From an uncultured delta proteobacterium (GTDB lineage Bacteria > Desulfobacterota > Binatia > UBA9968), in contig CAVXEP010000031.1 of NCBI GenBank assembly GCA_963760795.1, forward strand, positions 1-64,000: 64,000 nt of DNA, written 5' to 3'. Shown piece by piece: positions 1 to 9,111 of this stretch. Each line of letters begins with the position of its first letter. Position 1 is the first letter of the stretch. The position numbers and the translations under genes were made by a program. The notes under the pieces were generated by a model. The model was not told the DNA's origin and made no database searches. It was given only the letters and a program-made list of their open reading frames with translations.

Positions 1-2
1 CC

Positions 3-521
3 ACTTGGGCGTTTTTGTGGCGCATCAAAGGCGAGGCTTTTCTAGCCAAGCTCGCGGCTCAAGAGATGTTGGTCGGGCGCAATCTACGCCAATTAGGCGA
101 GAATGTTGCTCGCGGCAAGTCGGCGATCTCTCTCGGCCTGTCGTATTATACCTACGTACCGTTCATCAAGGCGGGCTTGCCGGTCAAACCGATCTCGACG
201 ATCAAAGAGGGTTACTACGCCGCATCGGGTAGTGGCAACGTCGTCTTGCTCAAGAACGCGCCCCATCCCAATGCCACGAAAGTATTTTTGAATTGGCTGT
301 TGTCCAAGGAAGGACAGACCGCTCTGACCAAGGCGCTGGGCCAGCCGACGCGACGTTTCGATGTCGACACCAAATGGACCCGAGAGTTCGGCCACACCGC
401 CGCCAAGGAAGTTTTGACGCCGGAAAAATACGATGAGCTGGAGAACGGCTCCGAAGAGGTGGTCATCAAATATCGCAAACCGGCAATGCAGTCAGCCGAG
501 CGGTTGTTCCGGGGCGTCTAG
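3..521 (+). CDS. ABC transporter extracellular solute-binding protein (Fe3+/polyamine-type fold), 5'-truncated by window edge
   Basis: Open frame from window start; KNAPHPNATKVFLNWLLSKEGQ motif; paralogous to 551..1663. Confidence 0.85.
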   Translation, partial: TWAFLWRIKGEAFLAKLAAQEMLVGRNLRQLGENVARGKSAISLGLSYYTYVPFIKAGLPVKPISTIKEGYYAASGSGNVVLLKNAPHPNATKVFLNWLLSKEGQTALTKALGQPTRRFDVDTKWTREFGHTAAKEVLTPEKYDELENGSEEVVIKYRKPAMQSAERLFRGV

Positions 522-550
522 AAAGACCGGGGAGGATTGGCGAGGTACTT

Positions 551-1663
551 ATGAAGAAGCTCTTTTCATTGGCAAGTTTAATGGTCGCACTATGGACTGC
601 CACGACGCTCTTGGCCCAGACGAGTCCGTTTCGCCAGGCCGAGTGGGATAAGATTCTTGAAGCGGCCAAGAAGGAAGGCAAGGTCGTCGCGTCAATTCCG
701 CCGACGCCGGAGTTACGCAAGCTCATGGAGATCGCGTTTACTCGGCGTTACGGCATCGCCACAGAGTTTGTACCGGCACGCGGCGGCGCGGTGGTGCAAC
801 GGTTGGTCAGCGAAGCCAAAGCCGGCGTGCAATATTTCGATCTGCATATTGGCGGCACGGAGTCGGTGATCACCGCCATGTTGCCGGAGAATATTCTCGA
901 CGCCATCGATCCCTATCTGATTTTGCCGGAAGTGCGCGAGCCCAAGCATTGGTGGGGCGGGCATATCTATATCGACAACGCCAAGCGTTACATCTACAAT
1001 TTCGTCGCCTATCAAACGGTCAGTCTGTGGAGTGATCCAAATCAGTACAAACCCAGTGAATTCAAATCCTTCGACGATCTCTTGAGCCCGAAATTGCAAA
1101 GCAAGATCGGTATCAGCGATCCGCGTACGCCGGGTTCCGGTTCGTCGATGTGGTCTTATATGCATTACATCAAGGGTGAGGAGTATCTGCGAAAACTCGT
1201 CGGCCAAAAACTGTTTATCACCCGCGACCTGCGCCTTTTGGCGGAGAATCTCGCGCGTGGCAAGATCGCCGTCACGTCGGGGATCGGTTACTCGGAGTTC
1301 CAACCGTTTATCAAAGCCGATTTGCCGGTGACGCCGTTGCCTGTGCCGAAAGAAGGGGTCTACGTCAGCGGCGGCTACGGTCATCTGACCGTGTTGAAAA
1401 ACAACCCTCATCCCAATGCCACCAAAGTTTTCGTCAACTGGCTGCTCAGCCGCGACGGCCAAGAAGTGTTTGGCCGTGGCATGGGCGTGGGCAGCCGCCG
1501 GCTGGAGGTCGATACCAAGTGGCTCAAAGACTATGGCGTCATTGCGGCCAAAGATTTTCTGACGCCGGACCAGTTTTACAAGTACGAAAATCAATCCGAA
1601 GAAAAGATCAACAAGGTGCGCGAGCCCGCCGCAGCGTTCGCGCGCAAGCTGCTCGGTACGTAG
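551..1663 (+). CDS. ABC transporter extracellular solute-binding protein
   Basis: Signal peptide; AAKKEGKV, DPRTPGSG and PHPNATKVFVNWLLSRDGQ motifs; GAGG RBS. Confidence 0.9.
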   Translation: MKKLFSLASLMVALWTATTLLAQTSPFRQAEWDKILEAAKKEGKVVASIPPTPELRKLMEIAFTRRYGIATEFVPARGGAVVQRLVSEAKAGVQYFDLHIGGTESVITAMLPENILDAIDPYLILPEVREPKHWWGGHIYIDNAKRYIYNFVAYQTVSLWSDPNQYKPSEFKSFDDLLSPKLQSKIGISDPRTPGSGSSMWSYMHYIKGEEYLRKLVGQKLFITRDLRLLAENLARGKIAVTSGIGYSEFQPFIKADLPVTPLPVPKEGVYVSGGYGHLTVLKNNPHPNATKVFVNWLLSRDGQEVFGRGMGVGSRRLEVDTKWLKDYGVIAAKDFLTPDQFYKYENQSEEKINKVREPAAAFARKLLGT

Positions 1664-1690
1664 GCAGAATTGCCGATGGGAGTCGTTTCA

Positions 1691-3160
1691 ATGGCCGGAC
1701 GAGATTTACGCGATTTCATCGACGATCTGGAAGAACGCAACGAGCTCCAGAGAATCAAAGCCGAAGTGGACTGGAACGAGGAGTTGGGCGCGATCACCCG
1801 CGAGGTGTCGAGCCAATATGGCCCGGCGCTGCTGTTCGAGAACATCGCCGGCCATAAAAACACGCTCTGTCGCCGGCTGTTTACCAACGGCACCGGCAGC
1901 AAAAAGCGCATGTGCTGGATCCTCGGCGTGCCGGATACCACGCCGGATGGCGAAATCGTCCGCGTATTCAAAGAACGGTTCGGCAAGCCGGTGGCGCCGG
2001 TGAAGGTGAGCAGCGGGCCGGTAAAAGAAAACATCGTCAAAGGCGATGATGTCGATCTCTATCAACTGCCGGTGCCCAAGTGGAATCCCCTTGACGGCGG
2101 CCGTTACATCATGACGTCCGGCAGCGTCGTCACCCGTGACCCCGACAACGGCACGCTCAATGTCGGCACCTACCGTGGCATGCTCGGCACGAAAAATACC
2201 ATCGGCGTGCTGCTGGCGACGACTCAAGGCTGGGGCGTGCACTTTACCAAACAGCGCAGCCGCAATCAGCCCATGCCGGTGGCGGTGGTGTTGGGTTGGG
2301 ATCAGTCCTTGTTCATCGCGGCATCGACGCCGGTGATTCATCCCGAATATGACATGGCCGGCTCGCTGCGGCGCGCGCCGGTGGAACTGGTCAAATGCGA
2401 GACCAACGATTTGCTGGTGCCGGCCTCGGCTGAGATCGTCCTGGAAGGATTTATTTCGCCGGATCCCAGCACTTTCACACTGGAAGGTCCGTTCAGCGAA
2501 TACCCCGGCTACTACGGCGGCAGCAAGTCGCCCAAGCATACGATCCAAGTGACCTGCATCACCCACCGCAACGATCCGATCTTTCATGGCTGCTTGACGG
2601 GCGCCAGTCCTGGGCGCACCAACGAGTGCAGCACCTGGACGCCGGCGACCTTCTCGGCGATGGCCTGGCATACTCTCGAACAGGCGGGGGTGCCGAACAT
2701 CACCGGCGTCTGGCGCGGTAAATGGCCGGAGCTGTTGCGCATCCAGATCCACAAAACTCACCGCGGCCATGCCCAGCAGGTGGCCGCCGCATTGTGGGGC
2801 AGCCATCTCGGCAACTACGCCGGCAAGCATCTCATCGTCGTCGACGACGATATCGATATTCACGATGGCGAGGCGCTGGAGTGGGCGCTCTGTTATCGGG
2901 TCAACGCCGGCCTGGGCGATATCACGACGTTTGCCGGTTCTTCAGGCTCGATGCTCGATCCCAGCGTGCCCCTCGCCGACCGCAATTCGGTCAAATACGG
3001 CCATGGCCTGTGGACCCGGGTGTTGATCGACGCGACGATCAATTGGGCGTTGGAGCCGCAGGAACAATATGGCGGCAATCGCTATCCGCCGCTAGGAACG
3101 ACCATCTCCGCTGAGATGGCGGCCACCATTAAAAGGAGATGGAGCGAATATGGATTCTAA
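1691..3160 (+). CDS. UbiD family prFMN-dependent decarboxylase
   Basis: DLRDFI start, DGGRYI, NVGTYR, EIVLEG, EGPFSEYPGYY, VVDDDID, LDPS motifs. Confidence 0.93.
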   Translation: MAGRDLRDFIDDLEERNELQRIKAEVDWNEELGAITREVSSQYGPALLFENIAGHKNTLCRRLFTNGTGSKKRMCWILGVPDTTPDGEIVRVFKERFGKPVAPVKVSSGPVKENIVKGDDVDLYQLPVPKWNPLDGGRYIMTSGSVVTRDPDNGTLNVGTYRGMLGTKNTIGVLLATTQGWGVHFTKQRSRNQPMPVAVVLGWDQSLFIAASTPVIHPEYDMAGSLRRAPVELVKCETNDLLVPASAEIVLEGFISPDPSTFTLEGPFSEYPGYYGGSKSPKHTIQVTCITHRNDPIFHGCLTGASPGRTNECSTWTPATFSAMAWHTLEQAGVPNITGVWRGKWPELLRIQIHKTHRGHAQQVAAALWGSHLGNYAGKHLIVVDDDIDIHDGEALEWALCYRVNAGLGDITTFAGSSGSMLDPSVPLADRNSVKYGHGLWTRVLIDATINWALEPQEQYGGNRYPPLGTTISAEMAATIKRRWSEYGF

Positions 3161-4295
3161 CGTTCGAAACATTCAATCGGCGCGGGCGCGGCAGCGAACT
3201 TTTTACGAGCGCTTCATGGAAAAAGAGGGCGTACCGGTGGTCGAAGGGTTTGGCGTCACCGACGTCGGTAATCTCCCGCTCAAGGCTTGGAAACGGTTAG
3301 GCTGCGACGGCGCGTATTTGCAGCTGCGCGGCCTGGAAGGGATTACCGGCGTTTATGTCGGCAAGCTCGCGCCGGGCGCCGCCAGCACGCCCGAGCGCCA
3401 TTTGTACGAGAAGGTGCTCTACATACTGCAAGGCGAAGGGGTGGCGGAGATCCAACAGCGCGACCGAGTGCCGCATTCGATTTCATGGCGAGCCGGCAGC
3501 CTGTTTTCACCGCCGATGAATGCGCTGCATCGACTGATGAACCAGGGCAGGGAGCCGGCGTTGTTTCTCGCCGTCACCACCGCGCCCATGGCGCTCGATC
3601 ATTATCACAACGAAGCTTTTATATTTAACAGCGAATTTGCTTTTAACGATCGCTATGATGGCGAAGCCGGCTACTTCGATCCCGGTGTCGAACGTTATCT
3701 CGCGTCGAACAATCGCCAGTGGATTTGGGAGACTAACTTTATTCCCGATGCGCGGCTGGCCCAACTCGACGCTCAAGAACAGAAGGGCGCCGGGGTCAAT
3801 ATCACCCAGTTTGAGATTGCCAACAATATCCTGATCGGCCATCTCGCCGAATGGCCGGTGGGGCGCTACCACAAGGCGCATTTTCATGGCGGCGGCGCGG
3901 TGTTGCTGATCCTGCGCTCGCAAGGCTATTCGCTCATGTGGCCCAACCATTTGGGCACCAAGCCCTATGAAAACGGTTTCGGCGCTCAAGTCGTGCGCGT
4001 CGACTGGGTGCCGGGCAGCGTTTTCTGCCCGCCGACCAATTGGTTCCATCAACATTTTAATACCGGGCCGGAGCGGGCGTTGCAGCTGGCGCTACGCTGC
4101 GGCAGCCAGAAGTTTCCCCTGGGCATCCGGGTCGCGGCGATACGCGCCGGCGTTTACACCTCGGTCAAACAGGGCGGCACGCTGATCGAGTATGAGGACG
4201 AGGATCCGGCGATCCGGGAAACCTACGAAGCCGAGTTGGCGCGGCGGGGCATCGCGCTGGATATGAATTACGATGCGGCGGCCAATGACGATTGA
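3150..4295 (+). CDS. Bicupin protein (putative dioxygenase/isomerase)
   Basis: Two cupin repeats: ERHLYE...PPMNALH and HKAHFH...PPTNWFHQHFN; overlaps the UbiD stop. Confidence 0.8.
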   Translation: MDSNVRNIQSARARQRTFYERFMEKEGVPVVEGFGVTDVGNLPLKAWKRLGCDGAYLQLRGLEGITGVYVGKLAPGAASTPERHLYEKVLYILQGEGVAEIQQRDRVPHSISWRAGSLFSPPMNALHRLMNQGREPALFLAVTTAPMALDHYHNEAFIFNSEFAFNDRYDGEAGYFDPGVERYLASNNRQWIWETNFIPDARLAQLDAQEQKGAGVNITQFEIANNILIGHLAEWPVGRYHKAHFHGGGAVLLILRSQGYSLMWPNHLGTKPYENGFGAQVVRVDWVPGSVFCPPTNWFHQHFNTGPERALQLALRCGSQKFPLGIRVAAIRAGVYTSVKQGGTLIEYEDEDPAIRETYEAELARRGIALDMNYDAAANDD

Positions 4296-4343
4296 CGATT
4301 TTCGCCAGCCCCCGTATAACAGCGCAAACGCTTAAGCTTTCCC

Positions 4344-6092
4344 ATGAGTGAAAAATCACAATCTATCGACCAGCCCATGGCTTTTGCCGTGGCTCCGGCA
4401 TCTTATAAACGCAGGTTTCAAATGCCGCCGTTGATGATCATCTTGCTGATTTTGATTGTCGGCTTTCTGGTTTTGACGCCGCTGTTTCTGATGATCCTCA
4501 ATAGTTTTCAAACCGCTCGTCCCGGCCAGCCGATTATTTGGGGTATCGACGGCTGGACTAAAGCTTTTACCACGCCCGGCATCGTCAAGGCGATGACCAA
4601 CACGGTCACCTTGGCGTTAACCCGGCAATCGATTGCGTTGCTGATCGGCGCGTTCTTCGCTTGGCTGATCGCGCGCACCGACATTCCCATGAAAGGCCTG
4701 TTGGAGTTTTTTTTCTGGCTGTCGTTTTTTCTGCCGGCTTTGCCGGAAACCATGGGTTGGATACTGCTGCTTGATCCGAAGTACGGGTTGATGAATCAGG
4801 GACTGATCAGCCTCGGCATTCTGAGCCAACCTATTTTCAACATCTATTCTTTTTGGGGCATCGTCTGGGCGCATATGGGCGGCACCGTGAGTGTCAAGGT
4901 GATGCTGTTGGCGCCGGCGTTTCGCAATCTCGATGCGGTGCTCGAGGAGGCGTCGAAGATTTCCGGCGCGAGCGGCGTCCGGACGTTTTTTCGCATCGTC
5001 ATACCGGTGATGATGCCGGCGATCCTGGTGACGACGATCTTGGGTTTGATCCGCTCGTTGGAAGCCTTCGAGATCGAACTCCTGCTCGGCACACCGATCG
5101 GCCTGCAAGTCTACTCGACGAAGATTCACGAGTTGGTGACCTGGGAGCCGCCGCAATTCGCGCCGGCGATGGCGCTCAGCACGGTGTTCCTCGGCGCGCT
5201 GTTGCTGATGGTCGCGCTGCAACGCAAGTATATTGGCAAGCGCAGTTATGAGACGATTACCGGGCGCGGCTTTACCATCCGACCCACTCCCCTCGGCAAG
5301 TGGCGTTGGCCGGCCTTTGCCATGGTGCTGCTGTTCGCGGTGTTCATCACCTTGGTGCCAACCACATTGTTGCTCTTGGGTACGTTCATGAAGTTGTTCG
5401 GCTTCTTCAACATCGCCGATCCCTGGACCTTGGACAACTGGCGCGCCACGCTGAGCGATCCGGTCTTGTCACGCTCGCTGTGGAATACTTTGGCGATCGG
5501 TTTCGGTTCAGGGTTGGTCGGGGTGTTTTTCTATTCTCTGATCGCCTATGTGGTGGTCAAAACCCGTCACGCCGGCCGCGGCCTGCTCGATTTTCTCTCC
5601 TGGCTCCCCTGGTCGGTGCCGGGAATTCTTTTGGGCATCGCGCTGCTCTGGACCTTTCTCCAGACCAGGATATTTCTGCCGATCTACGGCACGATCTATA
5701 TCTTGATGATCGCTATGGTGATCAAAAGCATGCCCTTCGGCGCGCAGATGATTAAAAGTGTGTTGATTCAGCTCGGCAGCGATCTCGAAGAAGCCTCGAA
5801 AGTCTGCGGCGCCACCTGGTTCGATACCTTCCGGCGGGTCATTTTGCCGCTGATCATGCCAGCCATGATTACCGTCGCCCTGGTAGGTTTTATTTCCGCC
5901 GCTCGGGACATCAGCACGGTCGTGTTGCTCGGTTCCGGCAAGTCGCGAACGCTGTCTTTGCTCATGCTCGATTTCGCCGCCGGCGCCGAGTTTGAAAAAG
6001 CCACGGTGGTCGCGGTGATCATCGTCGGCTTGGTCGTCGGCGCGGCTCTCTGTGCCCGGGCTCTCGGCGGTCAGGTTGGGGTGCGGGAATAG
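4344..6092 (+). CDS. ABC transporter permease (FbpB-type, two fused TM domains)
   Basis: About 12 hydrophobic segments; two EAA loops (LEEASKISGA, LEEASKVCGA). Confidence 0.92.
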   Translation: MSEKSQSIDQPMAFAVAPASYKRRFQMPPLMIILLILIVGFLVLTPLFLMILNSFQTARPGQPIIWGIDGWTKAFTTPGIVKAMTNTVTLALTRQSIALLIGAFFAWLIARTDIPMKGLLEFFFWLSFFLPALPETMGWILLLDPKYGLMNQGLISLGILSQPIFNIYSFWGIVWAHMGGTVSVKVMLLAPAFRNLDAVLEEASKISGASGVRTFFRIVIPVMMPAILVTTILGLIRSLEAFEIELLLGTPIGLQVYSTKIHELVTWEPPQFAPAMALSTVFLGALLLMVALQRKYIGKRSYETITGRGFTIRPTPLGKWRWPAFAMVLLFAVFITLVPTTLLLLGTFMKLFGFFNIADPWTLDNWRATLSDPVLSRSLWNTLAIGFGSGLVGVFFYSLIAYVVVKTRHAGRGLLDFLSWLPWSVPGILLGIALLWTFLQTRIFLPIYGTIYILMIAMVIKSMPFGAQMIKSVLIQLGSDLEEASKVCGATWFDTFRRVILPLIMPAMITVALVGFISAARDISTVVLLGSGKSRTLSLLMLDFAAGAEFEKATVVAVIIVGLVVGAALCARALGGQVGVRE

Positions 6093-6296
6093 GCGACGCT
6101 CAGCGGTCGCCAATCAGCAGGTTGTGAATCGAGCGTGCGCTAGCACCTGAGGTCGCGGTCACAGAGCGCACAGACGATCACGAAGAATGGGGCGGTAAAT
6201 CCCTTGCCAAGCAGCGGGGCAAACCGCCACCGCTACGGGATCATGCCGAATTAACCGCTGTCATAGTTTTGCCAGCCCACTAAGATGCCATGCTGC

Positions 6297-6325
6297 TTGA
6301 CCGCGCGATTTCTCTCGTATAGGGT
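6297..6325 (+). promoter_or_regulatory. Possible sigma70-type promoter
   Basis: TTGACC-17 nt-TAGGGT just upstream of ATG 6335. Confidence 0.3.
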
Positions 6326-6334
6326 CTGTCGCGC

Positions 6335-6691
6335 ATGAATTCTTCCGATACAAACCAGCGGTTAAACAAGTTTTCGCGCATGATCCTTCGCAGTCTGCTA
6401 TATTTACTGCCGTTACTGCTCATCTCGCAGCTGGTCGGACAACCGGTACTCGATGATCAATACCCCGTCAAAGGCGCGCGGGTTTTCAGCGCAAAGATCT
6501 TTAAGCTACAACACCATACGCGGAGCGGTTTAGATGTGCCGATTCCACCTGCTCTGGCGGTGGGTAGCGGCATATTTACCGCCTGGTTTTACCTCTGCTT
6601 CATTATTCTTCCTCGGCCATATGAAGTCATTCGTTCGCCCTTAGTGGGTCTGCATTCCAGTCGAGCTCCTCCTCCTCAAGCCGTTGTCTGA
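6335..6691 (+). CDS. Small membrane/secreted protein with C-terminal RAPP motif (candidate translation-arrest leader)
   Basis: Hydrophobic N-terminal segment, second hydrophobic segment, ends ...HSSRAPPPQAVV. Confidence 0.55.
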   Translation: MNSSDTNQRLNKFSRMILRSLLYLLPLLLISQLVGQPVLDDQYPVKGARVFSAKIFKLQHHTRSGLDVPIPPALAVGSGIFTAWFYLCFIILPRPYEVIRSPLVGLHSSRAPPPQAVV

Positions 6692-6792
6692 GCCCGGCTC
6701 GGACCAGCGATTGTCGTCGGCTTCGAATCATTAATACGGGCATGAGAGCAGTTTCACCGATCCTGCGGTGAAGGTGCGCATGAGGAAAAGCA

Positions 6793-7254
6793 ATGAACCA
6801 GTTTGACAGAACGGTGAGCGTCGATCCGATCATCGCCGCGGCATTTTTCGGATCGAGCAGTCATAACGGCCCAGTGAGCGCAGAGCGGGAGCTCATGATT
6901 GCGGTGCTCAGTGACGCGATCGAGTGTTTTTGGAAGTATCGAAATTCGCGGGCGGCACTAGCCATCCGGTTATACCAAGAAGCCAAGGCTTGGCTATTCG
7001 CCGACAACGAAAACCAGCCATTTTCATTCCAGAACATTTGCCAGACCTTGGGTTTGGAATCGAGCTACATTCGGCGCGGCATACTCACCGGTGGGGAGTC
7101 AGCGCCACCGGCCCATAACCAATCATTGGCCGGATCTGAACTGGGCGCCCGGCGTAACATCAAACGCAAATTGAAGAGTGGGCGAGAATGGAAAGGCGGC
7201 GTGCGGCTATCGCGCCAAAGAGTGCGGCCGCTGCGCCTTCGTCCCCGTGGCTAA
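6793..7254 (+). CDS. Conserved hypothetical helical protein
   Basis: GAGGA RBS; ERELMIAVLSDAI...EAKAWLF...PFSFQNICQTLGLE pattern of a recurrent uncharacterised family; basic tail. Confidence 0.7.
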   Translation: MNQFDRTVSVDPIIAAAFFGSSSHNGPVSAERELMIAVLSDAIECFWKYRNSRAALAIRLYQEAKAWLFADNENQPFSFQNICQTLGLESSYIRRGILTGGESAPPAHNQSLAGSELGARRNIKRKLKSGREWKGGVRLSRQRVRPLRLRPRG

Positions 7255-7298
7255 GAGTAAGCGTTCCTCCGGCCGCCGCGGGCTGCCGTTGGACCTGA

Positions 7299-8432
7299 TC
7301 AGGGGGCGCCGCAAAAGCGCACAGTGTTGTCGAACAAGATGCTGCGTTTTTGCCCGTCGGTGAGATCGCTGCGTTGCAAAATTTCGCTGGCGGCGTTGTC
7401 GCGCCCTTCGCCGTGCGGGTAGTCCGATGAGAACAAGATATGCTCGGCGCCGACCAGGGCGATTTCTTGCAGCAGCAGCGGGTCGTCGGCTTCGGGGGCG
7501 ATGAAGAAGCGGCCTGATTTGAGGTACTCCTCAATGGCTTTTTCAGGCAGTCTGCCCATGGCGCGGACGGTGGGGTCGCTGCGGTAACTCGGCAGGTAGT
7601 GGGCCAACCGCCCAACCACGTAGAACAACCACTCGGCGCCAAATTCCAAGAAAGCAACTTTGAGATCTTGATAGCGGTCGAGCATTCCCTGGGCGACTAC
7701 GGCGACGAAGGCTAGCTGTGCCGGCATGCCCATGGCGATGACATGGGCTTCCAACCTGGTTTCCACCAGTTGATCGAAGGGTGGAAAGCTCCGCCCCATA
7801 TGTACGCATAGTGGTAAACCGGTGCGGGCGAATTCATCCCAGATCGGTGTGAAGCTTTTGTGCGATAGCAGCCGCTCGCCGACGGTGCCGAACACCACGG
7901 CGGCGCCGGCGCCGAGTTCCTGCATTTCACGGAGCGCCTCGATGGCTTCGCGGCTATCGCGCAGGGGCAATAGGCCGGCCCATTTCAAACGCTTTGGATT
8001 GGTTTTGCACTGGCGACCGGCATAGCGATTATAAGCGCGAAACATCGCTGCTTCGAAAAACGGATCGGCGCCCATGCAGGCGTAAAGACTCGAAGGGAAG
8101 AGCAGCTGCGCATCGATGCCGAGGGTGTCGAGATCGCGCAGCCGTTTGTCGGGTTCGGATAGATCTAGCGATCCCAACGTGGCTGGCGCCGCACCAAACT
8201 CAGGCATCACCGTGGTCGGCGTATTGGCGCCTTGAGCGCCGGGGCCGAAGGCGTGGGGTTCCATGCGGCCTTCGATGAGCCAACCGGTGCGCCTTTGGCC
8301 CGCGCCCTCAGTGTCGGCGATTTCCAGCGGTCTTGGCCGGCGCGCGCAAAATTCCTTGGGTAGATCTTCCCACATCTTGGGACCCATCATGACATGGGCG
8401 TCGGCATCGTAGATTTTGAAACCGTGAATCAT
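7299..8432 (-). CDS. Amidohydrolase family 2 protein
   Basis: DADAH, LCVH, FLEFGAEW, FSSDYPHGE motifs. Confidence 0.92.
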   Translation of the reverse strand: MIHGFKIYDADAHVMMGPKMWEDLPKEFCARRPRPLEIADTEGAGQRRTGWLIEGRMEPHAFGPGAQGANTPTTVMPEFGAAPATLGSLDLSEPDKRLRDLDTLGIDAQLLFPSSLYACMGADPFFEAAMFRAYNRYAGRQCKTNPKRLKWAGLLPLRDSREAIEALREMQELGAGAAVVFGTVGERLLSHKSFTPIWDEFARTGLPLCVHMGRSFPPFDQLVETRLEAHVIAMGMPAQLAFVAVVAQGMLDRYQDLKVAFLEFGAEWLFYVVGRLAHYLPSYRSDPTVRAMGRLPEKAIEEYLKSGRFFIAPEADDPLLLQEIALVGAEHILFSSDYPHGEGRDNAASEILQRSDLTDGQKRSILFDNTVRFCGAP

Positions 8433-8561
8433 CGAACGCCTCCTAAACTTATCCGCCGGCGCCCGGGAAACAAATGGCGGCGTAGTGGTGGTCGCGGCGC
8501 GGATACTCTTCTTTAAAATGTTGCAGGGTGCAGATGCAAGTCAAATTGGCCGCGGGGCGAG

Positions 8562-9062
8562 TCAGCTGTACTGTTTGCCGCGTTCTCTGAGGTATTTGAC
8601 GATGATCGGTAGTAACGAGAGAAAGATCACGACGACGATGACCTTATCGATATTTTTGTGAATGTTGGGAATGAGTTGACCGAGAAAGTAACCGCCCAAG
8701 ATCATCGACAGGACCCAGCCGATGCCGCCAACGACGTTGTAGGCGACGAAGCGCTTCTTGTTGAACAATAGCGAGTCAGGACGGCTAAAAAGGCGCGGGC
8801 CGGCGCGCGCACCGATATTGTAACCGAGAGTGTCGCCGAGAATCGCAGCGGCGCTCAGACACAGGATGAGCGTCAAGAGCTCCAAGTCGCCGCGCGCGGC
8901 GAACAGTCCAGCGGTGACCAACAGAGAATCGCCCGGTAGAAAAAAGCCGATCAGTAATCCGGTCTCGACAAACACGATGGTCGTCAGGCCGATAATGCCG
9001 CCGACCCGAACCAAAGATTCGACATCGTAAATCCGATGAAATAGCTCCCAAATAAAATCCAT
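8562..9062 (-). CDS. dedA: DedA/VTT-domain membrane protein with apparent internal in-frame deletion
   Basis: FVETGLLIGFFLPGDSLLVTAG and AILGD motifs; only 166 aa and the central ARF(x)P..R segment is absent. Confidence 0.8.
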   Translation of the reverse strand: MDFIWELFHRIYDVESLVRVGGIIGLTTIVFVETGLLIGFFLPGDSLLVTAGLFAARGDLELLTLILCLSAAAILGDTLGYNIGARAGPRLFSRPDSLLFNKKRFVAYNVVGGIGWVLSMILGGYFLGQLIPNIHKNIDKVIVVVIFLSLLPIIVKYLRERGKQYS

Positions 9063-9111
9063 CCTTGCAAAATGTCATGGAAGCGGTGCCGAAACAATTC
9101 TCATGTGAGGC

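Noticed and set aside
6210-6250. c-di-GMP-I riboswitch suggested by GGGCAAACC
   Set aside because: Lacks the following GAAA tetraloop stem and GACGCAAAGC elements.
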